Origin: an uncultured Bacteroidales bacterium
GTDB taxonomy: Bacteria; Bacteroidota; Bacteroidia; Bacteroidales; Muribaculaceae
Assembly (NCBI GenBank): GCA_946011725.1
Contig: CAMGBT010000004.1
Coordinates: 2,422 to 66,421 of the forward strand
DNA length: 64,000 nt
Direction of reading: 5' to 3'
Shown: positions 30,404-40,936 of the stretch, in pieces
How positions within the stretch are numbered: position 1 is the first letter of the stretch
How the letters are laid out: each line of letters begins with the position of its first letter
The notes under the pieces: model-generated
What the model saw: only the letters and a program-made list of their open reading frames with translations
Database searches by the model: none
What the model was told of the DNA's origin: nothing
Position numbers and translations under genes: made by a program

Positions 30404-30837
30404 TTTATGTAATTATGAATCTTACTTTAAAAGAGCAAGAAGCCACTTTACAGTGTCTTTGGCAAGTCCTCGCTGCAAATCCTACGCCCTATGAGAGCAA
30501 CTACATTCAAACGCAGCTTGTAAATGATTGGCAATGTTTGTGTAATGTTGACATGTCAGATGCGCCTATGTTGCGTTTTGTGTTAGGTTGCGAGGTAAAA
30601 ACGTGGGTTATGGTTGCTGTAATGCAAGAACCATACGATTCTTTTTCCATAGTACAAAGAATGTCTCCTGAGAAGAAACTGTTCGTCAAACAATTAGTAA
30701 TTAAACTAATTGAAAATGGAGGTAAATATACTGAAAGAGCTCCATATGCTCATACTTTATTTGAAAATTGCCAAATCCCATTTATTGTCAAGGGCGATTT
30801 ATTCCCGGATGGACATTTTGGCAGTAGAATAATGTAA
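30400..30837 (+). CDS. Hypothetical protein (about 140-145 aa)
   Basis: ATGA overlap with the previous gene (alternative start MNLTLKEQ). Confidence 0.7.
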   Translation: MIYVIMNLTLKEQEATLQCLWQVLAANPTPYESNYIQTQLVNDWQCLCNVDMSDAPMLRFVLGCEVKTWVMVAVMQEPYDSFSIVQRMSPEKKLFVKQLVIKLIENGGKYTERAPYAHTLFENCQIPFIVKGDLFPDGHFGSRIM

Positions 30838-30901
30838 TAAACGTTCCAGCGGAGCTGGCGGGCTATTGCGGCGAACCGTTGAGCCTAAGGTCTCAATCCA
30901 T

Positions 30902-31069
30902 ATGGACTTCACCCGAGCTTGCGAGCTGTATTAGGCTCATACTGAAGAAATACTCACCGCCGCCGACGAAGTCAGCTTTGCCGTCTGCAACGAGTGGGAC
31001 GACAACGTCGTTGCATTCCAACGGCACGTATCCGACCAACTCGGCTGGACCCTCAAAGAGGTGGAATAA
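30902..31069 (+). pseudogene. Small ORF interrupted by an in-frame TAG
   Basis: MDFTRACELY*AHTEEILTAADEVSFAVCNEWDDNVVAFQRHVSDQLGWTLKEVE*. TAG at 30932-30934. Protein-like codon usage on both sides. Confidence 0.45.
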
Positions 31070-31074
31070 TCTTG

Positions 31075-31101
31075 AATTGGTCACCAACTTGGTGACCAAT
31101 T
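31075..31101. repeat. Perfect 27-bp palindrome (13-bp arms, 1-nt spacer)
   Basis: aattggtcaccaa-c-ttggtgaccaatt. Confidence 0.9.
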
Positions 31102-31309
31102 GGGTGAGGCGGTGTGCTTACGCGCGGAGCGCGTTGCTTTTTTGGTTACACCACGTTGGAGCGGAGCCTGCGCAGCGACTACGTGGTGACCGACATCCCA
31201 TCACCATCCACGAACCGCGGCGCGGTTTCTTTTGCCAACCTTGCCCAAGTGCGGTGTGCGCCCTCTGCCAAAGTCTGCAACATCTGCGTGAGAATCCGCA
31301 TGCAGGTTG

Positions 31310-31409
31310 GGCCATCCGGGTATGCCGCGGCAAGCCACGGCTCTCCTGTTGATACCTGATTATCTATTAATTAGATTCTGTCCTCCTGCTGAATCTCCTG
31401 TTCCCCTGT
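31310..31409 (+). repeat. About 100-bp dispersed element, copy 1 (inverted copy at 48270-48370)
   Basis: 35-nt exact match ggccatccgggtatgccgcggcaagccacggctct, with continued similarity for about 65 nt more. Confidence 0.85.
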
Positions 31410-31627
31410 GATTCCGGCACCGCCCGGATGGCTCTCGATTATTCGTGAGGATTCGTGTGATTCGTGTTCGTCTCCACCACCCGGATGGCCATCGAAAAAA
31501 ATCGTAAGAAATCGTCTTCCCCATCCACCTCCGCAATATCTGCTAAATCTGCGTGAGACCGTGCCGCAGGGATATAGCAAAGGCGCGGCGGCCGGATGGT
31601 CGCCGCGCTCGCGGTATGGGGTAGGGG

Positions 31628-32548
31628 TTAGTTCACGCGGAAGCGGTCGCAGCCATCGGTGAAGTAGGCCACGATTTGGCGGGCGGCGGCGATGCCGGCG
31701 TTGATGTTGGCTTCGGCTGTTTGAGCACCCATTTTCTTCGGGGTGAAGAATACTCGGCCGGGGAATTTTTCTTCCAATTCGGCGGCATTGTCGGGTTTGA
31801 CGTCGGCCACGTATTTGAGGTCGGGGCGAGCTTCGAGGGCGCGTGCCAATCCGGCTTCGTCAACGACTTCCTTGCGGGCGGTGTTGATGAGCAGGCCGTT
31901 TTTGGGCATGAGGGTGATGAGGTCGAAGCCGATGGAGCCCACGGTTTGCGGGGTGGCGGGGATGTGGATCGACACTACGGCATTGTTGCGGTACAGCTCT
32001 TCGACGGTCTTGACGGGGGTGACGCCGGCTTGGGCAATCACTTCTTCGGGGCAGAAGGGGTCAACGGCCGACACTTCCATGCCGAAGCCTTTGGCAATGC
32101 GAGCCACGTTGCGGCCCACTTGGCCAAATGCTTGAATGCCGAGGGTTTTGCCTTTGAGCTCCCAACCGCTGGTGCCGGCATACATGTTGCGGGCAGCCAT
32201 CACGGCCATACCGAACACGAGTTCGGCCACGGCGTTGGAGTTCTGGCCGGGTGTGTTCTCCACCACCACGTTGGCGACGGTAGCGGCCTTGAGGTCGATG
32301 TTGTCGTAACCGGCGCCGGCGCGAACCACAATCTTCAGATTGGGGGCGGCGGCGAACACGTCCTCGTTGATTTTGTCGCTGCGCACGATGATGGCATCGG
32401 CTTCAGCGGCGGCAGCGAGGAGCTGTGCGCGGTCGGTGTATTTTTCGAGCAGCACCAAGCGATGGCCGGCGGCTTCAACTTCCTTGCGGATACCTTCCAC
32501 AGCCACAGCTGCGAAGGGTTTTTCAGTGGCAACTAAGATGGTTTTCAT
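31628..32548 (-). CDS. serA: D-3-phosphoglycerate dehydrogenase (short form)
   Basis: IVRSDKI, RAGAGYDNID, NTPGQNSNAVAEL, INTARKEVVD. Directly downstream of serC. Confidence 0.9.
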   Translation of the reverse strand: MKTILVATEKPFAAVAVEGIRKEVEAAGHRLVLLEKYTDRAQLLAAAAEADAIIVRSDKINEDVFAAAPNLKIVVRAGAGYDNIDLKAATVANVVVENTPGQNSNAVAELVFGMAVMAARNMYAGTSGWELKGKTLGIQAFGQVGRNVARIAKGFGMEVSAVDPFCPEEVIAQAGVTPVKTVEELYRNNAVVSIHIPATPQTVGSIGFDLITLMPKNGLLINTARKEVVDEAGLARALEARPDLKYVADVKPDNAAELEEKFPGRVFFTPKKMGAQTAEANINAGIAAARQIVAYFTDGCDRFRVN

Positions 32549-32554
32549 AGCGGC

Positions 32555-33625
32555 TTAGTGTTTAGCTTCGAAGTCGTGCATGGCTTGGATGAGGACTTTG
32601 ACGCTTTCCAAGGGGAGAGCGTTGTAGAGGGAGGCACGGAAGCCGCCAACGGAGCGGTGGCCCTTGATGCCTACGATGCCGCGTTCGCCGCAGAAGTCCA
32701 CGAATTCTTTTTCGAGTTCGGCGTATTCGGGTTTCATAACGAAGCAAACGTTCATGATGGAGCGGTCGTCGGGGTTGGTGACGGTGCCCTTGAACAGGCG
32801 GCTGGCGTCGATAGCTTCGTACAGAGCGCCGGCTTTTTCCAGGTCGCGACGTTCGAGTTCTTTCAGACCGCCGAGTTCTTTATAATAGCGGAGGGTTTGG
32901 AGTGCGGAGAAAATGGGGAGCACGGGGGGAGTGTTGAACATCGAGCCCTTCTTGATGTGGGTGCGGTAGTCCAACATAGTGGGGATTTGGCGGTCAACCT
33001 TGCCGAGGGCGTCATCGCGGACGATGGCGATGGTCACGCCGGCGGGAGCGAGGTTCTTTTGGGCGCCGGCATATACGGCGATGTATTTCGACCAGTCGAT
33101 TTCGCGGGAGAAGATGTCGGAGCTCATGTCGGCGATCAGCGGGCAAGCCACTTCGGGATCCTTGCGGATTTCGGTGCCGTAGATGGTGTTGTTGGTGGTG
33201 TAGTGGAAGTAGTCGGAGTCAGCATCCACTTGCCAGCCACGGGGGATGAACGTGTAGTTAGCGTCTTTGGAGGAAGCAACCACGTCGACTTCGCCGAACA
33301 GGCGAGCTTCTTTGATGGCGTTGGATGCCCATGTGCCGGTGTCGAGGAAGGAAGCCTTCTTGGCGAGGAAGTTGTAAGGCATCATGCAGAATTGCAGGGA
33401 AGCGCCGCCGCCGAGCCAGAGCACGGAGAAGCCTTCGGGGATGCCGAGGATTTCTTTCACCAAAGCAGTTGCTTCGTCGATCACTGCTTGGAATTCTTTG
33501 CTGCGGTGAGAAACTTCGAGCACGGACAGACCGGTGTTGGCAAAGTTCAGGATGCCCTCTGCCGTGTTCTTGATGGTGTATTCGCTCAGGATCGAAGGCC
33601 CGGCGTAAAAATTGTGTTTTTTCAT
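32555..33625 (-). CDS. serC: Phosphoserine aminotransferase
   Basis: [29 protein letters not shown] (PLP Lys), [19 protein letters not shown]. Alternative start at 33631. Confidence 0.97.
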   Translation of the reverse strand: MKKHNFYAGPSILSEYTIKNTAEGILNFANTGLSVLEVSHRSKEFQAVIDEATALVKEILGIPEGFSVLWLGGGASLQFCMMPYNFLAKKASFLDTGTWASNAIKEARLFGEVDVVASSKDANYTFIPRGWQVDADSDYFHYTTNNTIYGTEIRKDPEVACPLIADMSSDIFSREIDWSKYIAVYAGAQKNLAPAGVTIAIVRDDALGKVDRQIPTMLDYRTHIKKGSMFNTPPVLPIFSALQTLRYYKELGGLKELERRDLEKAGALYEAIDASRLFKGTVTNPDDRSIMNVCFVMKPEYAELEKEFVDFCGERGIVGIKGHRSVGGFRASLYNALPLESVKVLIQAMHDFEAKH

Positions 33626-33851
33626 ACCCATTTAAATAATTTCGTTAGGTTTAGTGTTTTGTTGCGGCAAATTTAGTGAATAGATTTCGATTCACCAAAG
33701 TTTTTTGCAACTTTTTTTCGCAATATGTTGTAAAGCATCAAAATGCAAGCAAAAATGGCGCCCAAGCCGCCCGTGCCGGCTCTTATTGCTTACAAAAGCG
33801 AAGCAAATAGCGAGTGGCTAAGTAGCTATTTTAGCTACAATAGCTATTGGC

Positions 33852-35240
33852 CTATGGCAGCTTGCGGCGCAGGCGGATGATGAAGATGAGGCCGCGGAAA
33901 CTGAGCTCGATGGCCATGGCTATCCACACGCCTTGCAGGCCGAGGGTGGGGGCCATCAGCGCGGCCAGCGGGATGCGCACGGCCCAGATGCTGCCGAAGT
34001 TCATGATGGCGGGCATCATGGTGTCGCCCATGCCGATGAAAGCGCCGTACACCACGATGGAGGCGGCGTACAGCGGTTCGGCCCAGGCCTCGATGCGCAG
34101 TACTTCTACGCCGAGTTGGTGGATATCGGGCACGTTGGTGAGGATGGACATCATCCACGGTGCGCACACGTAAAGCAGGATGCCGGCCACGCTCATGAAC
34201 GCCACGCCGAGCCACAGTGCCAAGTAGGAGAAGCGGCGTACCAAGTCGCGCCGGCCGGCGCCATAGCTCTGGCCAACCAACGTGGTGGCCGCCTCGCCGA
34301 TGCCGAAGCCGGGCATATAGCACAAGCTTTCGGCCGTCACGGCGAAAGCGTTGGCCGCTATGGCCACGATGCCCAACGGCGCCACAATAGCCGTAATCAT
34401 AATCTGCGCCGAGCAAAACACGGCGTGCTCCAAGGTCAACGGCGCGGAGATTTTCATCGCCTTGCGCAGCACGTCGGCCTGCGGCCGGAAGCTACCGCGT
34501 TCGTGGCCGCGTAGCCGCGTGTCCGGTTCCACCCGCACCATATAATATAATAGGTATAGTCCCACGACGGCTTCGGCACCGGCTGTACCGATTGCCGCGC
34601 CTAACACGCCCAGTCCGGCGCCGGGAATGGTGATGACCATGCCGAAAATTTCCACTTCGCGAGTGGAAAATATGAGGAAGAAATTGAGCACCACGTCGAG
34701 CAGGCACATCACCACGTTGAGCAATCCCGGCACCTTCATATTGCCGGCGCAGCGCAGCACGCCGGCCGAGAGGTAGTTCATAGTGAGCAACGGAAGGGCA
34801 GCAGCGAACACCGCAAAGTAGGTGGAGGCATCGGCGCAGATGGTGTCGGCGCCGCCGAGCCAGCGGGGTAGGGCGGGCGCTATGGCCAAGCCGATGACGG
34901 CGATGACCACAGCGAAAATGATGCACGAAGTGATACCTTGCCGCACCACCCGCCGCGCCTGTTCGGGCGAGTTGGCCCCGAGCCGATGCGCCACTTGCAC
35001 CGAGAAGCCGGAGGTGGCGGCCGAGCATACGCCCCAGAAGAGCCACAGCGAACTGTTCATCAATCCGACCGAAGCCGACTCGTTGGCGCCCAGCCGCCCC
35101 ACCATGGCGCCGTCGATGTAGAACATCAGGATGGTAGACAGCTGCGCCAATATCGCCGGCAGCGCCATTTTAATGGTTAGCGCGGCTTGTTGGCCCAAAG
35201 TCATTGCGGCTCCGGAGCGGATGGCGGTAATGTCGGCCAT
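33852..35240 (-). CDS. MATE family efflux transporter
   Basis: DGAMVGRLG, LRCAGNMKVP, GAAIGT, VGQSYGAG, GVWIA. 12-TM pattern. Confidence 0.93.
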   Translation of the reverse strand: MADITAIRSGAAMTLGQQAALTIKMALPAILAQLSTILMFYIDGAMVGRLGANESASVGLMNSSLWLFWGVCSAATSGFSVQVAHRLGANSPEQARRVVRQGITSCIIFAVVIAVIGLAIAPALPRWLGGADTICADASTYFAVFAAALPLLTMNYLSAGVLRCAGNMKVPGLLNVVMCLLDVVLNFFLIFSTREVEIFGMVITIPGAGLGVLGAAIGTAGAEAVVGLYLLYYMVRVEPDTRLRGHERGSFRPQADVLRKAMKISAPLTLEHAVFCSAQIMITAIVAPLGIVAIAANAFAVTAESLCYMPGFGIGEAATTLVGQSYGAGRRDLVRRFSYLALWLGVAFMSVAGILLYVCAPWMMSILTNVPDIHQLGVEVLRIEAWAEPLYAASIVVYGAFIGMGDTMMPAIMNFGSIWAVRIPLAALMAPTLGLQGVWIAMAIELSFRGLIFIIRLRRKLP

Positions 35241-35247
35241 AGCGTGG

Positions 35248-36939
35248 TTATTGAGCGGGGGATTCCATCAGCGCGTCCATTTCCTTGGGGATGATGAACA
35301 CGTCGGCGGGCGAGAGCGGTCGCACGTTCTCGTAGAGCACAAACTTGGGTAAATACAGTTGCGAGTTCTTGAGCAGGAACAGCGGGATAGCCTTGCCGGT
35401 GGTCTCGGGCCAGAGGCGTACGTACTCGGTGGTGCGATTGCGGAAGGTGGCCGTGAGGAACGAGCTCTGCGCTGTCACCATCTTATTAAAGGTGGAATCG
35501 TTTTCCTCGGGGTAGAGAATCATCTCCACATTGCCGTTGATGTCGAGTTGGCGCAACTCGCCGCCTTCAAAGTTGGCCACCATTTCCTTACCGGCGATTT
35601 GGTCGAAATAGCGGTCGGCTTTCTTTTGGATGGTGATGCCGAACTGCGGCAGACGGGCCTGGCGGATGGTGCTGTCGTTCATGAACAGCTCGATGACGTT
35701 GCCGGAGATTTGGCGGTTGTCGCTCCACACCACCGGGTGGATGTACATGCGCAGCGAGGTGTCGGCGCGCGACACTCGCATCGAGTCGCAAATGCCCTGC
35801 ATGTCGGAGCGATAGAAGCGTACTCGCGGATACACGTCGGCCACGTTGATGGTGTCAATGGTCACGGATTCCGGCACCTCGGGCGTGCCGGCCACGGTGT
35901 CGGCCGGGATGGCCGGGGTGACGATGGTGTCGTACACGCGGTAGGCATTCAGTTGGCCGCCGTGCAGGTAGAGCGTGTCGCCCTGTGAGTACTCTTTTAC
36001 CAAAAGATGGCCCACGGCATAGGCGCTGTCGGTGCGCTGGTTGAAAAAGCCGTAGTCGGCATGGAGCTGCGCTTGGTGAGCGCTGTCGGTGAGCACCATA
36101 TGGCCGTAACAGTTGGCCACGCCGCCGGGGCGATCGTAGTAGATAGTGTCGGCGGTCATGCGGCGGCCTTCGGGGGTGACCACCTGCGAACGATCATACA
36201 GCGCTGCAGTGTCTAACTGCGTGTGGTACAACCCGTTGGTGGTGTAGATTGTGCCGCGGCGGTTGATGATTTCGCTGGGCGAGAACAGTTCGGCGATGTG
36301 GGTGTTGGTGTTGTAGTAGAGTGTGTCGCTGTAGATGTTGAGCGTGTCGGTGGATGAGTGCGAAAACAGGTGGACGTCCTCGTAGAAGTTGGCCTCCTTG
36401 GTCGAGGGCACGTACTCGCCCTGCATTGAGTAAAGGCGGTTTTGCTTGTCGTAGAGCACACCGCCCACGGTGTAGTAGCCCAAATCAAGGCGCAGGTCGT
36501 AGACGAACACGTCGGTTTCGAGCGTCACATCGCGGTTGATCAGGCGCACCTTCTTGCCGGCATCGGCGTATAGGTAGCAGATTTCACGCGGGCCATTGTA
36601 GTTGAGCTCGTCGGCATAGACAAACAGGGTGTCGCCCTGCTGCATTTTCACTGACCCGAAGGCTTCGAACGACTCGGATTCGGCGTAATAGTGAGCGCTG
36701 TCGCACCACATGGTCATCGGACCTTTGGTGAAAACCACGTTGCCGGTGAGCACCACGAAGGAGTCCAACTCGGTTTTGGTCATGCGGTCGGCCTTCTCCA
36801 AGAACACACGATTGCCCACAGCGCGGTTGGCCTTAGGCACCTGCGGAGTGAAGGTGACAGAGTGCTGCTGCGGACTGCGCGCTACTATGAGCGAAACACA
36901 GGCCGCAGCGGCAATGATTATGGCAATAAGTTTGCGCAT
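35248..36939 (-). CDS. OstA-like (LptA/LptD N-terminal-type) periplasmic protein
   Basis: Signal peptide, repeated beta-jellyroll units (MWCDSAHYY, LYADELNY, IYSDTLYY, QGICDSM). Confidence 0.85.
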   Translation of the reverse strand: MRKLIAIIIAAAACVSLIVARSPQQHSVTFTPQVPKANRAVGNRVFLEKADRMTKTELDSFVVLTGNVVFTKGPMTMWCDSAHYYAESESFEAFGSVKMQQGDTLFVYADELNYNGPREICYLYADAGKKVRLINRDVTLETDVFVYDLRLDLGYYTVGGVLYDKQNRLYSMQGEYVPSTKEANFYEDVHLFSHSSTDTLNIYSDTLYYNTNTHIAELFSPSEIINRRGTIYTTNGLYHTQLDTAALYDRSQVVTPEGRRMTADTIYYDRPGGVANCYGHMVLTDSAHQAQLHADYGFFNQRTDSAYAVGHLLVKEYSQGDTLYLHGGQLNAYRVYDTIVTPAIPADTVAGTPEVPESVTIDTINVADVYPRVRFYRSDMQGICDSMRVSRADTSLRMYIHPVVWSDNRQISGNVIELFMNDSTIRQARLPQFGITIQKKADRYFDQIAGKEMVANFEGGELRQLDINGNVEMILYPEENDSTFNKMVTAQSSFLTATFRNRTTEYVRLWPETTGKAIPLFLLKNSQLYLPKFVLYENVRPLSPADVFIIPKEMDALMESPAQ

Positions 36940-36960
36940 AACAATTTGATACAGAATGCA

Positions 36961-38319
36961 TTATTTGGACTTAATCCAGCCTTGGTATTGGAAGTCGCAG
37001 CCGCGCCAACCGTCCTCGATACGAACGTAGGTGGTGCTGATTTTGTTTTGCAACCATTCGTCTACGATGCGTTGGCCGGCGGCCTCTTCGTACATGCCTT
37101 TGATGAGCTGGTAGTCGTCGGAGAGGTTAGCTTGGTGGGCGGGAATACGGTTAGTCAGGCGCACGATAGCCACGATTTCGCGGTCGCGTTTGGGGTCGCG
37201 CATAATGAACGGCATGGATACATCGCCCGGTTGGAGTGAAGCCACGGCGCGAGCCACTTCGGCCGGCAGCTGCGACATCTCGAAGCAAGTGGTGCCGTTG
37301 GCTGAGTTCACCATCACGCCGCGCGAATTGTACGTATCCTTGTCTTGCGAGATATAGCGAGCGGCTTCTTCGAAAGTAAAGCGCTGATTATCAACGATGT
37401 CGGTGCGAATTGAGTCCATGCGATCCATAGCTGCTTGCAGATCCTCGGGCGATACCTTCGGACGCAGCAGGATGTGGCGAGTGTTGATGCGGTCGCCGCG
37501 CTTCTCGATAAGCTGAATGATGTGGAAGCCGTACTCGGTTTCAACGATTTTCGACACCTTGTTGGGGTCGTTGAGGTTGAAAGCCACTGCGGCATATTCC
37601 GGCACGAGTTGGCCGCGACCCATGAAGCCGATTTCGCCGCCGCGCACTGCTTCGGGGGCTTCGGAATAGAGAATAGCCAAAGTAGAGAAGTCGGCCTCGC
37701 CTCGGTTAACGCGGTCGGCATAGTCGCGCAAACGCGCTTTCACGTCCTCGATTTCCTGACGCGGGATGATGGGGTTGAGGGTGATGATTTGCACCTCAAC
37801 TTGCAGGGGCACGTAGGGTATGGAATCTTGCGGCAGAGCATCGTAGTATCGGCGCACGTCGCCGGGAGTCACCTTCAAATCCTTGGTGAGATTCGAACGA
37901 ACCTGGCTGATGCGGTAGCGATTGCGGATGGAGGTGGAATAATATTCGCGAATATCTGCGTAAGTTTTACGGAAATATTGCTCCACTTTTTCGCGCGAGC
38001 CGAGGTTGGTGATGAGGAAGTTCATCTGAGCGTCGACCTGCTGCTGCACCATCGATTCGGGCACTTCGATGGTGTCCAAATCGGCTTGGTGGAGAAACAG
38101 GCGGTCGATGGCTATTTGCTCCGGGATAACGCAGTACGGGTCGCCGGTGATGGGCGTGCGCTCGTTCTGCATATCTTGATACATTTCCTCGATTTCCGAC
38201 TTGTAGATGGGTTCGTCGCCGATAATCCATGCCACTTCTTCGATGACATTGCTTTGGGCGGCACACCACAATGAGGTGAGGCCAAAGGCGGCTATTGTAA
38301 TGATATTTTTGAGTTTCAT
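36961..38319 (-). CDS. surA: SurA-like peptidyl-prolyl isomerase
   Basis: Signal peptide, DFSTLAILYSE, GGEIGF, VETEYGFHIIQL, two rotamase domains. Confidence 0.9.
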   Translation of the reverse strand: MKLKNIITIAAFGLTSLWCAAQSNVIEEVAWIIGDEPIYKSEIEEMYQDMQNERTPITGDPYCVIPEQIAIDRLFLHQADLDTIEVPESMVQQQVDAQMNFLITNLGSREKVEQYFRKTYADIREYYSTSIRNRYRISQVRSNLTKDLKVTPGDVRRYYDALPQDSIPYVPLQVEVQIITLNPIIPRQEIEDVKARLRDYADRVNRGEADFSTLAILYSEAPEAVRGGEIGFMGRGQLVPEYAAVAFNLNDPNKVSKIVETEYGFHIIQLIEKRGDRINTRHILLRPKVSPEDLQAAMDRMDSIRTDIVDNQRFTFEEAARYISQDKDTYNSRGVMVNSANGTTCFEMSQLPAEVARAVASLQPGDVSMPFIMRDPKRDREIVAIVRLTNRIPAHQANLSDDYQLIKGMYEEAAGQRIVDEWLQNKISTTYVRIEDGWRGCDFQYQGWIKSK

Positions 38320-38399
38320 ACTTATGTTTGTCCTATTTGGGGGCAAAGTTACAAATTTTCTTGCGTTTAGCGCTATTGTGGAATACTAAAATTCTTTAA

Positions 38400-40343
38400 T
38401 TAGTTGGTAAATTCTACCGAAAGGCCGATTTGGAAGCGCCGCGGGTTGAGCGGATAGTGGCGCATGGAGAAGTAATCCGACGAGAACCAGCCTTGGTTGA
38501 TGTGGCTCAACATAATGTAGAAGCGCGTCTTTGACAGCTTGAGGTTGGCGTAAGCGTTCATTAGCGGATAGTTACCGAACTTCACCTCCTGTTGGTTGGC
38601 GAATGCGCCTGTAGCCGGCTGATAGTTAGGCGCATAGTAGCGAGTGTAGTAGTGGCAATCCATGCCTAACTGCACGCTCAGCGTGGCGATTTTGAAGTTG
38701 AGATTCAAATTGGAGTAGATCGCCAACTTCGGCAGCGGAATCACCTGCTCGTTCGAGGAGGTTTGGTAGGTGATACGGTTGTACCAACTCAGCGGACCGG
38801 CTTTGAGCAGTTGGCTCACTCGTGCGCTGAAAATCTGCACGTTATCGCCGTGACATTGGGGCAGGAATTGGCGGTTGAAATAGAGGTAATTCTCCACGTT
38901 GGAGACTTCGGCCTCCAAGGTGGTGGCGGTGTGGGGCACGGTCACGCGTCCGCCCACGCGCACGCGACGCTCCTTGCTGAAGTCGTTCTCCCAAGCGAAG
39001 TGATTCGACACGAAGTGCTGCATGAAGTAAGGCGCGGCCGTGTTGGTGAATGCGCCATGAGCGGTCACGGCCACGGTGTCGCCCAACAGCGGCACGCGCG
39101 TGGTCAGTTGGCCGTTTAGGTTTACATCGCCCGAGCGACGGCCGGTGATGCCGAACTCGGCGGTGGCCATGTAAGTCAGTATGGAGCCGCGCTGCTTGGT
39201 GAGCTGGCCGCCGATGCTGACGTTGTGCTCGGTTTCGTATGGCAGCACCGATGCGGGCAGGGGCGTGAGGTCGGTGTGGTCCAAGGTGTCGGCCGTCTGG
39301 GTGTAGCGTGCCACTTCGTGCTTGGCGTAAGCGGCCAAACCGAACTTGGCGTAGCGGTGGAAACCTTCCAGCAGCGAGATGCCCACGGTGTTAGAGATGC
39401 TCCAGTAGGACGTTTCGTCGCCGGTTTCTTTATTATTGAGGTAGATGTTATCGAAATAGTTGGAAATTTCGCCGGAGGCATCATCGCGGAAGATGTGGCG
39501 TGCGGCATCGTAGTCGAAGTTCCAGAAGAATGAAGTGACGGGGATGTAAGTGCGGCTCACCACGGAGTCGCCTTCCATTTGCTCCTCCCAGTAGCCAACT
39601 TTGTAGCGGTTGTTGAGGGTGATGTGCTGACCCTTGTTGCGGGTGTGAGCGTTGCTCAAGCGTGTCGGTATGGTTTTGGGGTCTACCGAGGTCACGCCGC
39701 CCTGAATCAGCGCCGGGTCGAGGATGTAGAGCGAGTCGGTGATACCGCCGTTCTCCTTGTTGACCAAATTATAGTGATAGCCGAAGCCCTGAAACTCATA
39801 GCGGTCGCCGATGTACGACGCCGAGAAGCCCCAATCCAAGTCCTTGTCCGACTGGTAGTTGTAACAGCCTTTGGAGTAAATGTAATTGAGCATGGCGCCG
39901 ATTTGCAGCCGGCTGTTGACGTTGCCCGAAAAGGTCAAGCCGAGGTGGTCTTGCGCATTGTCGCGCCCGCCACCGGTGTTGTAGCTCACCAACGTCATCG
40001 GGATGCGAGTATTGTAGAACACGTGCTTGTCGGGCGAGGGGAGCCAGTGCTCCAATCCGTCGCGGAAGAAGAAATCCGACCGTGCCGTTTGGTCCATCCA
40101 CACGGCGTTGTAAGCCTGCGCGCCGTAGTTGCCCGTGGTAGCTGTGGCATCGTATATGGCTCCGGGCACGAATCGCTGTGCGTAGTCTTGAAACAGCGTG
40201 TCGATAGTGCTCTCGTAGCGCAAACCGAGCGGCCGCGTCATTTGCCAAGCATACGACGGCTCCACCACGGTCTTCTTCTTGGCGTAGCCCTCGGCAGCGC
40301 AAACACATATTAATATAAAAGTCAGAACGATATATCGATTCAT
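38400..40343 (-). CDS. Putative porin (Bacteroidetes outer-membrane protein)
   Basis: Signal peptide from ATG40343, ENGGITD motif, C-terminal YPLNPRRFQIGLSVEFTN. Confidence 0.85.
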   Translation of the reverse strand: MNRYIVLTFILICVCAAEGYAKKKTVVEPSYAWQMTRPLGLRYESTIDTLFQDYAQRFVPGAIYDATATTGNYGAQAYNAVWMDQTARSDFFFRDGLEHWLPSPDKHVFYNTRIPMTLVSYNTGGGRDNAQDHLGLTFSGNVNSRLQIGAMLNYIYSKGCYNYQSDKDLDWGFSASYIGDRYEFQGFGYHYNLVNKENGGITDSLYILDPALIQGGVTSVDPKTIPTRLSNAHTRNKGQHITLNNRYKVGYWEEQMEGDSVVSRTYIPVTSFFWNFDYDAARHIFRDDASGEISNYFDNIYLNNKETGDETSYWSISNTVGISLLEGFHRYAKFGLAAYAKHEVARYTQTADTLDHTDLTPLPASVLPYETEHNVSIGGQLTKQRGSILTYMATAEFGITGRRSGDVNLNGQLTTRVPLLGDTVAVTAHGAFTNTAAPYFMQHFVSNHFAWENDFSKERRVRVGGRVTVPHTATTLEAEVSNVENYLYFNRQFLPQCHGDNVQIFSARVSQLLKAGPLSWYNRITYQTSSNEQVIPLPKLAIYSNLNLNFKIATLSVQLGMDCHYYTRYYAPNYQPATGAFANQQEVKFGNYPLMNAYANLKLSKTRFYIMLSHINQGWFSSDYFSMRHYPLNPRRFQIGLSVEFTN

Positions 40344-40858
40344 AATTTTTCCTTGTGGTTTTGGATAGCCTGACGGCAGCGCTCTTTGATGTCGAAAGTG
40401 GGAAAGTTCGAACTCATTATCGCTTTGTCGATACGCTCCAGCATCTCGCTGTATTGCTCGGCTTTGTCGGCTTCGCATAGCGCCTGCTCGGTGCAGTAGT
40501 CTACCAAATTGTAGTGCGCATCAGACAAATAACAGAACTTGTCGGCAATGCCAATCTGCATAATCACATTCAAAAAGGCATTGGTATAGCGCTGATACGA
40601 CACGCCGAAGCCTTGCAACTTCTTCAACTCGCGCTTCACTACCGACACTCGCGCCTTGCAGTTATGCCGCTTAACTCGGTTAAACTCCTTGCTAACGAGA
40701 TCTACGAAGTCTTGCATTATTTTGTTCTCGTCCGGATTGAGGAAGTATTCGAAGTACTCCTTGATTTCGGGCGCAGCGTCATAGGCGTCGAGAATCATCT
40801 CGCGCAACTGTTCCGCTGTCATGTTTGCCAGCTCTTTTTTGAGTTTTGCTTTCGACAT
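40340..40858 (-). CDS. DUF6155-like hypothetical protein
   Basis: MSKAKLKKELANMTAEQLREMILDAY...KEYFEYFL. ATGA overlap with the porin gene. Confidence 0.75.
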   Translation of the reverse strand: MSKAKLKKELANMTAEQLREMILDAYDAAPEIKEYFEYFLNPDENKIMQDFVDLVSKEFNRVKRHNCKARVSVVKRELKKLQGFGVSYQRYTNAFLNVIMQIGIADKFCYLSDAHYNLVDYCTEQALCEADKAEQYSEMLERIDKAIMSSNFPTFDIKERCRQAIQNHKEKL

Positions 40859-40936
40859 AGAAGAAAATTTCTGCAAAGTTACGAAAAAATTCGGAAAATC
40901 TTTGTAAATTTGCACTCCGTTTTAAATATTTGAAGT

